A stretch of 64,000 nt of DNA from a virus (taxonomy: Duplodnaviria > Caudoviricetes), in IMG/VR virus record IMGVR_UViG_3300001528_000425, positions 1-64,000 of that record. The stretch is one strand, 5' to 3'. Shown in pieces: positions 9,057 through 19,455 of the stretch. The notes below the pieces were generated by a model, which was not told where the DNA came from, did no database searches, and saw only the letters and a program-made list of their open reading frames with translations. Made by a program: the position numbers and the translations under genes. The first letter of the stretch is position 1; every line of letters starts with the position of its first letter.

Positions 9057-10886
9057 ATGAATAATGAAATTCCAAGAACACCTTTGGTCGAAAGGATCTC
9101 CGATGAGATCGCTCAGGCTGTTGATCCGACTGGCGCGCTTACCTTGGATTCCAAGAAGCGTACTGTCATGTCTGCAGCAGCTATCGCCAACGTGTTCACG
9201 GGTGCCACCATCCCGAATGGAACGAATCTTAACACCTGGAAAAAGCCTGGTGTCTATCGGTTCGATCAGTCGGTGGTGAATGGCCCGCCCACAAGCGCTG
9301 AAAATATGATCGGATATCTGGTAGTTGTTGCCGGACATCGCGATCCTCTGACTGGGGAAGAAGATGTGGATCGGGTACGGCAAGTTGCCTATCCCGATAC
9401 TGTGGTTGAACCAACTCCTTATACTCGTGTATGTGAGGGAGGACAGAACTGGTCACCATGGAACACCTTGGGTGGTAACCTCCGTCGGGTCCGACTGACC
9501 AAGAATCTTACTGGTCAGATCAATGTGATGTACTACTCATTCGAGAACTGGACTCTCACACTCCCTCCGGCTTCCAGCTACCCTCTCGGTACTCGTATCG
9601 GATTGGAACAGTACGCTGGAGCTGGTAAGGTCATCAACGATACCGATGAGATCCAGACTGGTCCCGACTTCGATATCGATGAAGATGGGAATCCAACTTC
9701 GGATATCATTGGAGCACTGATCTATCTCTTCGAGATCTGTGAGATGGAAGATGGAACCAAAGCTTGGGTTCAGGATACGGATAACAACATCGACCGAGTG
9801 ATCGATTCGATCCAGCAGATGTTCACGGATCATATCACCGATCCCGATCCTCACCAGATGTACATCATGAAGACCAGTATCTCCCATGAGTACACTCATA
9901 CCACAGCAGATGCCACGAAAGCGATGGGACAGGTGTTGTCCCGTTATGGATCGAATGCATTCTACAACCTGGTGGTGAAGTACTCAGAGTTAGCAGCTCG
10001 CGGACTTTACCCGAATGCTCACAGTGTCAGCAATGGCAATTTCAACACGATGATCACTCAAGGTCTGTATTTCACTATAGGGGCATCTGTTACTAACGGT
10101 CCCTCTGATGTGGACGGACAAGGTCATGTGTTCGTGATTGCTGTTGGTACTTGGGTGGCGCAGATCTATCTGCACTTCTCAAGTGGAGATATGTATTACC
10201 GTGTCTCCACGAACACCGGTACCTCCTGGACGACTTGGAAGAGGACGATCAACCAAGCGGAGCTGAGAGCTCGTGGTATCTATCCGACTGCTGTTGCGAT
10301 GCACAGTGGAAGTGCCAACTTACTACTTCTACACGGTATGTACAATATCGAGATCGATGCGGCCAATGCGTCCAGTTCTCCGACAGGAGCTGCTTGGACT
10401 GGAACGATCCATGTGATCAGAAGCATCCTTGCTGCAACTCAGATCGCTGTCAGTCGAGAAGCGAACGGTGGAATGTGGATACGATACACGGATGATGCCA
10501 CGGTGTCCACTGCTTGGAAGCCGTGGACTCAGATGGCTACGGTGGCTTTGGTGAATACCAAAGAACCTGGCAGAAATAAGTCGATCTACTCCACCTCCAC
10601 TACTGTAGCAGCTGCTACCCTGTTGACTACGCTGAACACTCGGATGTGGCCACATCTCTACTTCACTGCAGGAGCATTCTCTTCTACAGTGACGTTACCG
10701 GCTCCACCTGCTCACGGTGATAAGATCTTCGTGAAGATCGAAGCGAACCACAGTGTTCGGCTTATCTTCGGATCGTACGATCAGACGTTCAGACATACAA
10801 AGTCGGATCAGATCATGGAACTGGAGTTCGAAGCAAGTAATGGCAAGTGGTACCTCCTCACCGTCGGTGATCTGACTCTTGCATAA
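9057..10886 (+). CDS. Tail fibre protein with repeated knob-like domains
   Basis: 609 aa; three repeats of a (N)LN...G(V/L/M)Y...P...G.L.V....Q......Y.R......W..W unit typical of pyocin-knob/tail-fibre domains; DPHQMY motif. Confidence 0.75.
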   Translation: MNNEIPRTPLVERISDEIAQAVDPTGALTLDSKKRTVMSAAAIANVFTGATIPNGTNLNTWKKPGVYRFDQSVVNGPPTSAENMIGYLVVVAGHRDPLTGEEDVDRVRQVAYPDTVVEPTPYTRVCEGGQNWSPWNTLGGNLRRVRLTKNLTGQINVMYYSFENWTLTLPPASSYPLGTRIGLEQYAGAGKVINDTDEIQTGPDFDIDEDGNPTSDIIGALIYLFEICEMEDGTKAWVQDTDNNIDRVIDSIQQMFTDHITDPDPHQMYIMKTSISHEYTHTTADATKAMGQVLSRYGSNAFYNLVVKYSELAARGLYPNAHSVSNGNFNTMITQGLYFTIGASVTNGPSDVDGQGHVFVIAVGTWVAQIYLHFSSGDMYYRVSTNTGTSWTTWKRTINQAELRARGIYPTAVAMHSGSANLLLLHGMYNIEIDAANASSSPTGAAWTGTIHVIRSILAATQIAVSREANGGMWIRYTDDATVSTAWKPWTQMATVALVNTKEPGRNKSIYSTSTTVAAATLLTTLNTRMWPHLYFTAGAFSSTVTLPAPPAHGDKIFVKIEANHSVRLIFGSYDQTFRHTKSDQIMELEFEASNGKWYLLTVGDLTLA

Positions 10887-10906
10887 CCCAATAAAGGTAA
10901 CCTCTC

Positions 10907-13783
10907 ATGGCAGACCCAATCAGACGCAAACGTCTACCGGGGAGTCGGAACTCGTCCTACGAATTGAAGGACCATTTGGTGATGACTCTCCCCGGAGGCG
11001 GAAATGCAAATCCTCACCCTCAGTATCTGCTGAAGGATGACTATATCGCCAGCGAAGGTGATAATAACCTTGCTGCTCACAAACTCGACCCGAATGCTCA
11101 CATCAATTTCTATGTGAGATTGGTTCAGATCAGTACAACGAATGTGAATGATCCGGACAAGATCCCTGCTTCTTCACTGTTCTTCACAACAGTGTCGAAT
11201 CTGCAAACGCAGATCGATGGCAGAGCTTTGATCGATCATACGCACACCCCCGAATCTATCGGCGCAGCAGATCGTATTCACAACCACGATACGCTGTATT
11301 CCAAGCTCGATCACAATCACGATGATCGTTATTCCAAATTGGATCACACCCACACTCCTGTGGAGATTGGTGCAGCCGATCGTATTCACAACCACGATGA
11401 TCTGTACATCAAGATCTCTGACATTTCGACCACGTTCGAAACAAGTGACACGAAGGTTCCTTCTATCAGTTTGGTGACTGATTTGAACACGAGATTTGTG
11501 AACCATGATCACGATGACAGGTATTCCCTTATCACACATATTCACCCGTATGTGTTGATTTCTGATCTGGAGGATTCTGGTATCTATCCGGAACTGGTTG
11601 TAATCCAGAATACGGAAGGAACAGACGATGAAGGACAGCCTGTCGTCACCACGGAAGATCTTAACACCTATCAGACGATCGGCAATTATTTCGTTCTGAA
11701 TGGCGTGCTTAATGCGCCAGAAGCCGGCAATGGCTGGTTGACGGTAGAACCCGTGGAACTCGAAGAAGCACAAACCGACGATGATGATCGTTACACTGGC
11801 CCTGGCGTGGCTTATGTCATGCAGCGATTCCTTTCGGAATCTACCGGTACCCTCTATTATCGTAAAGGAACGCGAGTTATCGTTGAAACTCCAAGTGAAG
11901 ACCCGGAAGATCCGGATATTCAGACACTGACCTACAACTGGGCTGGATGGGAATCTCTGTCCGGAGGAGGTGGTGGCAAGGTTCCATTTGAAATCTTTCA
12001 TACGCTTTCCACGCAAACTCCACCTGGAGCATTTCCTCTGTGGACTGGTGAATGGATCGAGAACTGCAGAACCAAATACCCCTCCTTCTGGAACAAAGCT
12101 CTGGAACTGAGAGATGCGGATACGGGAGCTTTTGTCTATGCCGACATGACTCCGGTTGCTATGCCTTTCTTGAAAGGAACGAATAACACTACCACAACCG
12201 CCGATGGAACCTGGACCGGCGAAGCTTCTGACGGAACGAATGATTGGCAAGTATTTGGTGATCTTGGTGTCGGAGGTAATGTCGATATCACGAAGCTCTC
12301 GACAACTCCGTTTTGGATGTCGTTGGCTACATCAGGAGATCCGATCAGCGTCGTTTCCTATGAAGTACAAGCAACGAACAATTCCGAGAAGGATATATTG
12401 ACAACTCCAACTGCATGGAAACTGGAAGGTACCGTCGATGGATCTTCCTGGGATCTTATCGATACCCAAACAGGTATCACTTGGAGTGCTATCAACGAAC
12501 GGAAACGGTTCACCGTCACCCCATCGGAAGCAGCTTTCCATACGGCAGCACAAGTAACAGCCGCTGAAGCTATTTTGGCATTGGCGGAATACGAACAAAC
12601 GATCTATGATCCGAATCAAGAAGAAGGATCTGAGCCAGGAGTTCGCACTTACAATGTTGGATCTACCAACTCGAGTTACAACTCATTGGATCTGATCTCC
12701 ATTGAGTTCCAATCGGCCGATGGTTGGGTTGTGGTCGATGATGTTGAAATCACCAATGCTGGTGGTATCTATTCAGTTGACCTGTCCACAGCCTCCGAAG
12801 GCGCTGGCGCCTACCGGTGGCACTACACTGGTAAAACAGTTGCCCAACAGCAGTTGGATGCCTGGAATAAGACTGGTGCACAGAAACGCCCAATAACTCC
12901 AACTACCTACAAGAAACTCAAGATCACTTTCACGGAGTGTTCAACAAAGCCCAACTCCAACTCTACGATGGGACGTGTTAACTTCATGATGGAGAAAGTC
13001 GGCCAGCCTGGACGGCAGATCGGTAACATCAACGTCATGGATGCGACCACCTACGAGTATTTCCTTGAGAAGTATGGAGAAGTTGGTGGTTTTGTAATCG
13101 ATGAAGCCAACGGTAAGATCCGTCTTCCTCTGATCAATCGATTCCTTCGTACGATCGAAGACATCAACGATCTCGGTACAGTTCAAGCTGATGAGTTCAG
13201 ACGACATGAGCATAGTTCGGTCGTCGGACCTTTGTATGTACGACCATCCGTCCATGCACCTGGCGCCGATGGTGACCATTGGCACCACAACGATGCTAAC
13301 CCGACTGGAAGTGTAGGCGGTTCCGAGACCAGGCCAAAGAACGTAGCAGTTGCTACTTATATCCAAGTGTCTGGTTCAGTCGGTTCCGGTGACACAACGA
13401 AGAGTGCATCGGATGTTACAGCACTGGCTACGCAGGTGGAACAACTCACCAATAAGGTTGACGCGTTGGAGTATCTTGCCGATTTGATCCACATCAGTGG
13501 CAGCTCGGCAGAACCTAACGGTTATGTAACCCTGTCCAATGGCCTCACCATTCAATGGGGACATCTCACTGTGGATGCGGATGTTAATTCACCACAACAT
13601 GTGACATTCCCGAAGGAGTTCGCATCAGAAACATTAGCTGCAGTTGCTTCGAGCAATGGCAATAATCATGCTGTGGTACAGGTTCGCAACTTCACTACCT
13701 CTGGTATGGACATTGCTGCCAACGACCCTGGCAATGGCGCTAAAGTTGTCACTGATGCGAGTTGGATCGCTATCGGCAAGTAA
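10907..13783 (+). CDS. Long tail fibre / receptor-binding protein
   Basis: 958 aa; NPHPQY, many HxH repeats, knob domain, tail-collar-like segments (TPPGAFPLWTG ... KIRLP ... ETRPKNVA), discoidin-like insert (PTAWKLEG...SWDLID), C-terminal GYVTLSNGLTIQWG. Confidence 0.85.
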   Translation: MADPIRRKRLPGSRNSSYELKDHLVMTLPGGGNANPHPQYLLKDDYIASEGDNNLAAHKLDPNAHINFYVRLVQISTTNVNDPDKIPASSLFFTTVSNLQTQIDGRALIDHTHTPESIGAADRIHNHDTLYSKLDHNHDDRYSKLDHTHTPVEIGAADRIHNHDDLYIKISDISTTFETSDTKVPSISLVTDLNTRFVNHDHDDRYSLITHIHPYVLISDLEDSGIYPELVVIQNTEGTDDEGQPVVTTEDLNTYQTIGNYFVLNGVLNAPEAGNGWLTVEPVELEEAQTDDDDRYTGPGVAYVMQRFLSESTGTLYYRKGTRVIVETPSEDPEDPDIQTLTYNWAGWESLSGGGGGKVPFEIFHTLSTQTPPGAFPLWTGEWIENCRTKYPSFWNKALELRDADTGAFVYADMTPVAMPFLKGTNNTTTTADGTWTGEASDGTNDWQVFGDLGVGGNVDITKLSTTPFWMSLATSGDPISVVSYEVQATNNSEKDILTTPTAWKLEGTVDGSSWDLIDTQTGITWSAINERKRFTVTPSEAAFHTAAQVTAAEAILALAEYEQTIYDPNQEEGSEPGVRTYNVGSTNSSYNSLDLISIEFQSADGWVVVDDVEITNAGGIYSVDLSTASEGAGAYRWHYTGKTVAQQQLDAWNKTGAQKRPITPTTYKKLKITFTECSTKPNSNSTMGRVNFMMEKVGQPGRQIGNINVMDATTYEYFLEKYGEVGGFVIDEANGKIRLPLINRFLRTIEDINDLGTVQADEFRRHEHSSVVGPLYVRPSVHAPGADGDHWHHNDANPTGSVGGSETRPKNVAVATYIQVSGSVGSGDTTKSASDVTALATQVEQLTNKVDALEYLADLIHISGSSAEPNGYVTLSNGLTIQWGHLTVDADVNSPQHVTFPKEFASETLAAVASSNGNNHAVVQVRNFTTSGMDIAANDPGNGAKVVTDASWIAIGK

Positions 13784-13812
13784 CTACCAAATCAAATAAG
13801 GAGCATGCCAAT

Positions 13813-14124
13813 ATGGCTGGAAATTTTGATTACAAGAAGAAGCCGGAGGAACGGCCGAAGGCAACTCACGGTATGATGCAGGTAATCGACTGCCTGTTCC
13901 CTGGGGTCAAAGAGGTTCACATCGTCGAACCGTTCGAGGAACTGACTGAGGGTGGTGTCACCTACATCCGGTTCAATGACGGAGACGATGTTGTACAGCT
14001 GCTGCGGAAGACCGTGGTAGAAGGTGGATCAACCAAACGCTATAAAGCGATGGCCGCCTGGAACGATCGTGAATCCGCTGAATGGATTCCGATTAACCAA
14101 TCGTTCCCTGTCCAGGACAAATAA
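13813..14124 (+). CDS. Small protein co-transcribed with tail fibres
   Basis: ATG at 13813 with AAGGAG RBS; 103 aa. Confidence 0.6.
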   Translation: MAGNFDYKKKPEERPKATHGMMQVIDCLFPGVKEVHIVEPFEELTEGGVTYIRFNDGDDVVQLLRKTVVEGGSTKRYKAMAAWNDRESAEWIPINQSFPVQDK

Positions 14125-14190
14125 CAAAAGTAAGATGCAGCAGATGGAGTACACCTTCCGGTGTACTCCATCTGACTGTTCTTTTTGATT

Positions 14191-14745
14191 TTAATGTGCT
14201 GGGGGTTTTGGTTCCGAGCACAAGGCAACGAGGAACTCGAGGATACGTCTGACCACATCGACATTGGATAAAACGAATCCGACGACGGCCGCACCTATGG
14301 AAATATAGACACCAAGCTTCCAAAGGAATTTACCGTGTGTTTCCGTTTTCTTCTTGAGGACTTTAATATCTCCATTCATCTGGTTGTTTTTCTCGAGGAA
14401 CGCATTGTATTCGACTTGGTGTACTGCCACCTTTGTTTCGATTTGTTGTTGACGTTTCTCTAGATTGGACACGATGTTAGCAAGTGAAGCCCATTGTTTG
14501 GAAGAAAGACGGAGAAGATCGCTCAATTCCTTCAATGCAGATTCTGTGGTAGCTTTGTGTTTTCGGTGCGAATTTTCTACATTGCTCAAACGTGAGAGAG
14601 CCTTTTCCAGTCTCTCGATTTCTTTATCAAGCAATTCTTTGTTCGCTTGACAAGTTGCTCCCAGCGTTGCCAGTTCTCTCTGACTCATGCAGATATGTCC
14701 CGGCCAGGGACTTCCCTGCATGTTCATGTGTTGTTCGTCTGGCAT
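14191..14745 (-). CDS. Coiled-coil protein with C-terminal transmembrane helix (possible holin-like)
   Basis: Heptad-rich body, then LWKLGVYISIGAAVVGFVL; holin role is inference. Confidence 0.5.
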   Translation of the reverse strand: MPDEQHMNMQGSPWPGHICMSQRELATLGATCQANKELLDKEIERLEKALSRLSNVENSHRKHKATTESALKELSDLLRLSSKQWASLANIVSNLEKRQQQIETKVAVHQVEYNAFLEKNNQMNGDIKVLKKKTETHGKFLWKLGVYISIGAAVVGFVLSNVDVVRRILEFLVALCSEPKPPAH

Positions 14746-14789
14746 CTACTGTAACTCTCCCCTCTTCAGTTAATTGAGGTAGATAGGAT

Positions 14790-15698
14790 TTACTTCTTGG
14801 CGTAGGCTTGGTTGATGAGAAGGATGAAGTTATGCTCGAGAGCCATGTGACGAAATGCCGTCTGACTGTAGGCTTCCAGCAGCTGTGCAGTAACAGTTGC
14901 CGCTTTCGCCAACGATTCAACGAACGTTCTGTCCACCGTATCTTCATTCTTGGTGATCAGTTCCACCGTACCATCGAGGGCACTGCTGATCGTTTCCATT
15001 TCACGATTGAGTTTGCCGCCCTGCTGGAGATAGACGTCAAGACTGAGCATACGCTCACGGGTCTTCTTCATGTCAGCCATAGACGGAAAGAGTTTCGTGA
15101 ACTTCACGACAGTGGTGTTCTTCCCTGAGAAATCTTTGTCAGAGGCGGAGATCAACGGCCCGCACTCTTTCATCTTGTTCTCCAGCATCTTCAAAAGGTT
15201 ACTGATCTGCTGGTTGGCGCGAGTGTCTCCTCTTGAGAAACTCTTGAAAACATTCGTGAAGGCAATTTGAGCCATATTTACCAAGGCTACGGCTGTCAAA
15301 TTGTCGTAGATAGCGCCGATATGACCGACCGCTGTGGGATAGTCCACGATCATACCGGAAGGTACCGGAAACGTCTTCGCCATCAGTTGATCGTACGACA
15401 CACTTTCGATCGAACTGACTTTGAGCATATTGGAATCGCAGAACTCTTGGAGTTCCGAACGCTTCAGGTCTTTGTTGAATCTGGTAAGGTTGGTAGTGAA
15501 TGTGTTGACGAGCCCCATGACCGTATCGGTGATTCCGATCACGATACGACCGAGACTACTGTCCATCATACCTTCCATCGCAACACCGTCGAGTGCCGCG
15601 AGTTCATCATTCCAATATTGGAGGCGAGCATGTACCGCTTCGAACGAGGCAAGCTCACGGTCGCTGATTTCAGCGTTCATTCCGTTGCGAAACTTCAT
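14790..15698 (-). CDS. Putative internal head protein
   Basis: 302 aa, late-type promoter upstream, N-terminal S-F-E and A-M-E motifs matching the (S/A/G)-X-E cleavage rule of the phiKZ head protease. Confidence 0.6.
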   Translation of the reverse strand: MKFRNGMNAEISDRELASFEAVHARLQYWNDELAALDGVAMEGMMDSSLGRIVIGITDTVMGLVNTFTTNLTRFNKDLKRSELQEFCDSNMLKVSSIESVSYDQLMAKTFPVPSGMIVDYPTAVGHIGAIYDNLTAVALVNMAQIAFTNVFKSFSRGDTRANQQISNLLKMLENKMKECGPLISASDKDFSGKNTTVVKFTKLFPSMADMKKTRERMLSLDVYLQQGGKLNREMETISSALDGTVELITKNEDTVDRTFVESLAKAATVTAQLLEAYSQTAFRHMALEHNFILLINQAYAKK

Positions 15699-15832
15699 GT
15701 TGATTACCTTTATGTTAAATCAGAGTATTTCTGTAGCTATTTGCTTGTTTGTATAGGATGGTAAAAAATAAATGGAATAGACCGTAGGAGGATAGGGTCA
15801 TTAGACCCTATCCTCCTACGTGTTGTTGTTAC

Positions 15833-16483
15833 TTATCGATTAGCGTAGTGAAAAGTAAATCTTCCGCAGCCACGCATACCGGGATTGAAATACGCTGTGG
15901 CGTAGAGGAATCCGGTGCTATCAGGGCCGCTGTCGACCAGTTGGATCACCTCGTCGAGATGCTTCGGATAGCATACAATTGCCCGACAGGCTCTTGGTAC
16001 CACAATGATGTACTCATCGTCCAAGATCGATAGTGCGTCCTTGAAGGTGGCGAAGTTCATCAGCGTAGCGCGATCTCGGCCAGGGAGTTGACCATAATAG
16101 ATCGGGTCTTTGGAGGCTCTTTGGATGCATTCGATTTGCATGGTATCCCTGGCAGCCATCAACAGATCACAGAGAGATGCTCTGAGTTCATCCGTGAGAT
16201 CTTGTTTCAGGTCGAGATAGTTCCCCTGGATCAACCCCAGGTTATGGGATGATACATCCGAGAAGATCAGTTGTTCTTCTGTCACCCCTGAGTAGAACTC
16301 ATCCTGGATCGGCTGAAGATGGATCAACCTGAGTTTGTCCTTTTCAACCATACAAAGGGCTGAATTAGGTATCCACATGTCGTCGTTGATATGAACCTTA
16401 CCTTCGGGGGCGAAAATAAGAGTAGCTTGTTCAGCGGACATGTAGAAGCGCTTACGATAGTATGTAATGTAGTTAGCTTGCAT
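15833..16483 (-). CDS. Hypothetical protein
   Basis: 216-aa ORF, AAGGAG RBS; start could alternatively be 16441. Confidence 0.6.
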   Translation of the reverse strand: MQANYITYYRKRFYMSAEQATLIFAPEGKVHINDDMWIPNSALCMVEKDKLRLIHLQPIQDEFYSGVTEEQLIFSDVSSHNLGLIQGNYLDLKQDLTDELRASLCDLLMAARDTMQIECIQRASKDPIYYGQLPGRDRATLMNFATFKDALSILDDEYIIVVPRACRAIVCYPKHLDEVIQLVDSGPDSTGFLYATAYFNPGMRGCGRFTFHYANR

Positions 16484-17195
16484 ATGTGGAATTCTCCTTT
16501 AACATAACACAGATGTTATGTGATTTGAGTTGACGTAATGTCTTCCCGTATATTCCAGTTTCGAGATCAACTGGTGAATTAGGGATAGACAGCCTTACGT
16601 TGATGGTATCCATGTCCTTGAGTTCTATGCATCTGCGATTGAATTCACTGGTTCTAACTGACATGGTGGTAGGGTCAGAACATAGGAAAGGCAAAGCCAT
16701 CAGATGTAGTAGGTGGTCCAAATCGGTGTGGTAGCATAGTTTCATTGCGTAATCGACGCTTGTGCGAGAGAGGAATATTTCCGTCTCCGTGGTCGCACTT
16801 GAAAACAGGTTCTTGACCGTATAGTCCTGATAGAGAAACTCGATGCTATCCTGAAGTCTCAGTTTAAATTGAGACGATAATTTGTTCGGGTCGGCGTATG
16901 TAGAAGGGGTCAAATCGATCAAGTCGATATACGTATCTAAGCCGATAACGATCTTGGTACCTGAACGAAGTTGTATCCGTTCAGCGAAGGATGCCAGAAC
17001 GTATGCGAGCAACTTAGGAACCAAAGTAGATCCAATTTCCATCATGGATCGTAGTGTGCTACATTCATCGTCTATGTTAGACCACGTTCTAGCGATGTTG
17101 AGTAGCGAAGATTCGACGGGTTCCGGTTGCCGCTTAATGGTGTCACAAACCAAGGAATCCAAATATCCTGGAGGAATGTGGATAGTAGTTTTCAT
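16473..17195 (-). CDS. Hypothetical protein
   Basis: 240-aa ORF, AAGGAG RBS. Confidence 0.6.
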   Translation of the reverse strand: MKTTIHIPPGYLDSLVCDTIKRQPEPVESSLLNIARTWSNIDDECSTLRSMMEIGSTLVPKLLAYVLASFAERIQLRSGTKIVIGLDTYIDLIDLTPSTYADPNKLSSQFKLRLQDSIEFLYQDYTVKNLFSSATTETEIFLSRTSVDYAMKLCYHTDLDHLLHLMALPFLCSDPTTMSVRTSEFNRRCIELKDMDTINVRLSIPNSPVDLETGIYGKTLRQLKSHNICVMLKENSTYAS

Positions 17196-17349
17196 GATGA
17201 AGTAGCTCCTTCTGTTCGCTGACTTGCATCATATGGATAAGAACTGTGAAATTTTAAGCCATATAAACTCCTTTCGTTGAATAGGTAACAGGTAGTAGCG
17301 CACACGCGCTACTACCTGTTACCTTGGATGATACGGATGTTAGTAATGA

Positions 17350-18327
17350 TTATTCGATGATGGTTCTCTGCATGTAGTCGTGCCAAGTGGGCCACATACG
17401 TTTGAACTTGCTCATGCCCTTGCGATTCAGATTGTTCGAATTTTCGAACTCATCCTGCATGACGTAATTCCACTCGTAGAACTGCTTACGGGGTTTCAGC
17501 AGAACATTGCGCTCACATTCGGTTTCGCAACGTTCAAATGTGAGTGTCATGAGCCACGGCTTCAGTGCCGGAGTCCGGACCAACCGATACTGGTGACCGT
17601 TCCACCACAATTTGGTGTGGAGTCCACAGCCGTACTGGAAGAGTTTTCCCAGGATTGCCTCTGCCAGCTCACGCCGTATCTGTCCGGCCAATACCAGAGA
17701 TTCTGCTGTTATGGGACGATCCTGATCGTCCATTCCTTCGAAGGGAGCAATGGTCATGATGGTCTTTTTGGAATAGATCTCCGGGTCGTACGTGACCGTG
17801 ATCAGTTCCTTCTTCTCATCGAATGTGACAACGCTTCCCTCGGCGAAATCCTTCTGCCAATTCTCGTACTTAAAGTCGAAGAAGGGGAGGTACTCCGCAT
17901 CCCATGATTGCATCGTCGCGAATCCGATCTTCAGATCAAGCCCCTCACGTGCAGTGTTCGGCATATAGTACACCTTGGTGTTACCGACCGCAATGACGAT
18001 GGCGCGACATCTGTCGTATCCGACGTACTCGTCACCGAAGATCGTTTTCATTCCGTGGATCGCGGAAAGTCTGCACCACGCTTTGTACCAGGTCGTAGCT
18101 TCCGCGTACTTGATCGCTGATTTGAACTCTTGATCGATGTGCGGACAGAGGATGGTTGTTTCCACATGTTGTGGCACGTAGAAGACGTCCTCGCTACGCT
18201 CTTGCACGATGAGACTCGTGACAGTGACTTTCCTCCGGGCCAGAGTGGCATGCAGGAGATCTATCGCTTTGTCTCTCCTTGCAATGATTTGACCCATCAG
18301 TTCCGACTTTGCTTTGTTGGTGCTCAT
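17350..18327 (-). CDS. Hypothetical early protein (possible paralogue family)
   Basis: Start reassigned to MSTNKAK at 18327 (AAGGAG RBS). Confidence 0.65.
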   Translation of the reverse strand: MSTNKAKSELMGQIIARRDKAIDLLHATLARRKVTVTSLIVQERSEDVFYVPQHVETTILCPHIDQEFKSAIKYAEATTWYKAWCRLSAIHGMKTIFGDEYVGYDRCRAIVIAVGNTKVYYMPNTAREGLDLKIGFATMQSWDAEYLPFFDFKYENWQKDFAEGSVVTFDEKKELITVTYDPEIYSKKTIMTIAPFEGMDDQDRPITAESLVLAGQIRRELAEAILGKLFQYGCGLHTKLWWNGHQYRLVRTPALKPWLMTLTFERCETECERNVLLKPRKQFYEWNYVMQDEFENSNNLNRKGMSKFKRMWPTWHDYMQRTIIE

Positions 18328-18400
18328 CCTAATACTCCTTGTGGTTGGATGATTACTTATTATGCCCGTTAAACCACATTGGTTGTTACGGGCGACGGAA

Positions 18401-19336
18401 TTACAAACGCATACCTCTATGCACGATACTGGAATAGGTTGTGTAATCAGAAAGAAATCCGAGACGATCTTCACGCCAACCGATCAGTTTCGCTGTGAAT
18501 TTATGGTTCTTACCAATACTGAGAGCAGCGCCGTAGTTAGCACCGTACTTCAAGCAATGCGAAAAGATTGCTTTCTGATACAGCTGGTAGAATTCGGTAA
18601 CCAGGACAAGAGACGTGTACGAGATATCTTCTTCGACATGATGCACTGTCGGGATACTCGCACGACGAGGATTATCCCGTCCCACTGTAGCATATGCTTC
18701 CACAAGCGAACGCATGCAAAGATGGAGTGATCGTTTCCCTGCCCACGACGCTCTTATCCGAACAGTAGCCGATCGATGATTGAAATCAATGGATTCAATC
18801 ACTTCATCGAGCAATATCTGACGCCAGGTCTCGACAGGATATTCGAGAATAGGCGTATGCGTGATGCTCCGGTCGTTGTTTCCGGAGAGAGTTACGTATT
18901 GCTGAAGCAGCTCGTTATCCAACGAATGAAATTGTTTATAACGGATCGAATATCCGATACCATAATCTCGCATCGCAAAGTTCAATAAGGTGATATCTAC
19001 TTTGTGTGATCTCTCCGCTACCTCCTTCACAACAACTCCCAGCATAAAATGAAAGAGATCTAGTAAATTATTACTGAGTGGAAGGGATTCCTCATATGAG
19101 AAGAATCCATCGTCATGGAGAAGAAATGGTTTCCGCTTAAGCAGTGCCATGCACCATTTGTGAGCCTGACTGATATCTGCTGTGAATTGTATCGTCGGTG
19201 CTGATGTCGATTTAATCACATGATCTTTTAAGAAACTTGGAGAATTGACGACTTTGTCGTCTATGAGTTTCAGGATGTTGTGAGTTGCCGTTACCACATC
19301 GTAACTGAGTGAACGATTCTGGTGTTGGTTGTTCAT
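18401..19336 (-). CDS. Hypothetical early protein (possible paralogue family)
   Basis: 311 aa, AAGGAG RBS, promoter at 19429-19436. Confidence 0.65.
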   Translation of the reverse strand: MNNQHQNRSLSYDVVTATHNILKLIDDKVVNSPSFLKDHVIKSTSAPTIQFTADISQAHKWCMALLKRKPFLLHDDGFFSYEESLPLSNNLLDLFHFMLGVVVKEVAERSHKVDITLLNFAMRDYGIGYSIRYKQFHSLDNELLQQYVTLSGNNDRSITHTPILEYPVETWRQILLDEVIESIDFNHRSATVRIRASWAGKRSLHLCMRSLVEAYATVGRDNPRRASIPTVHHVEEDISYTSLVLVTEFYQLYQKAIFSHCLKYGANYGAALSIGKNHKFTAKLIGWREDRLGFLSDYTTYSSIVHRGMRL

Positions 19337-19455
19337 CTGTAGTACTCCTTGTAGTTAAGATGAAAAAGAAAGAACAGATCGGTAGCTAGGAAGATAACAA
19401 TGTTATCTTCCTAGCTACCTTCACTTAAGTAATATATACATGAAATCGTCCTGAA

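Noticed and set aside
11230-11410. DNA repeats in the tail fibre as CRISPR or DGR repeats
   Set aside because: In-frame protein repeats with synonymous differences; no spacers, no adenine-specific variation pattern seen, no RT in the window
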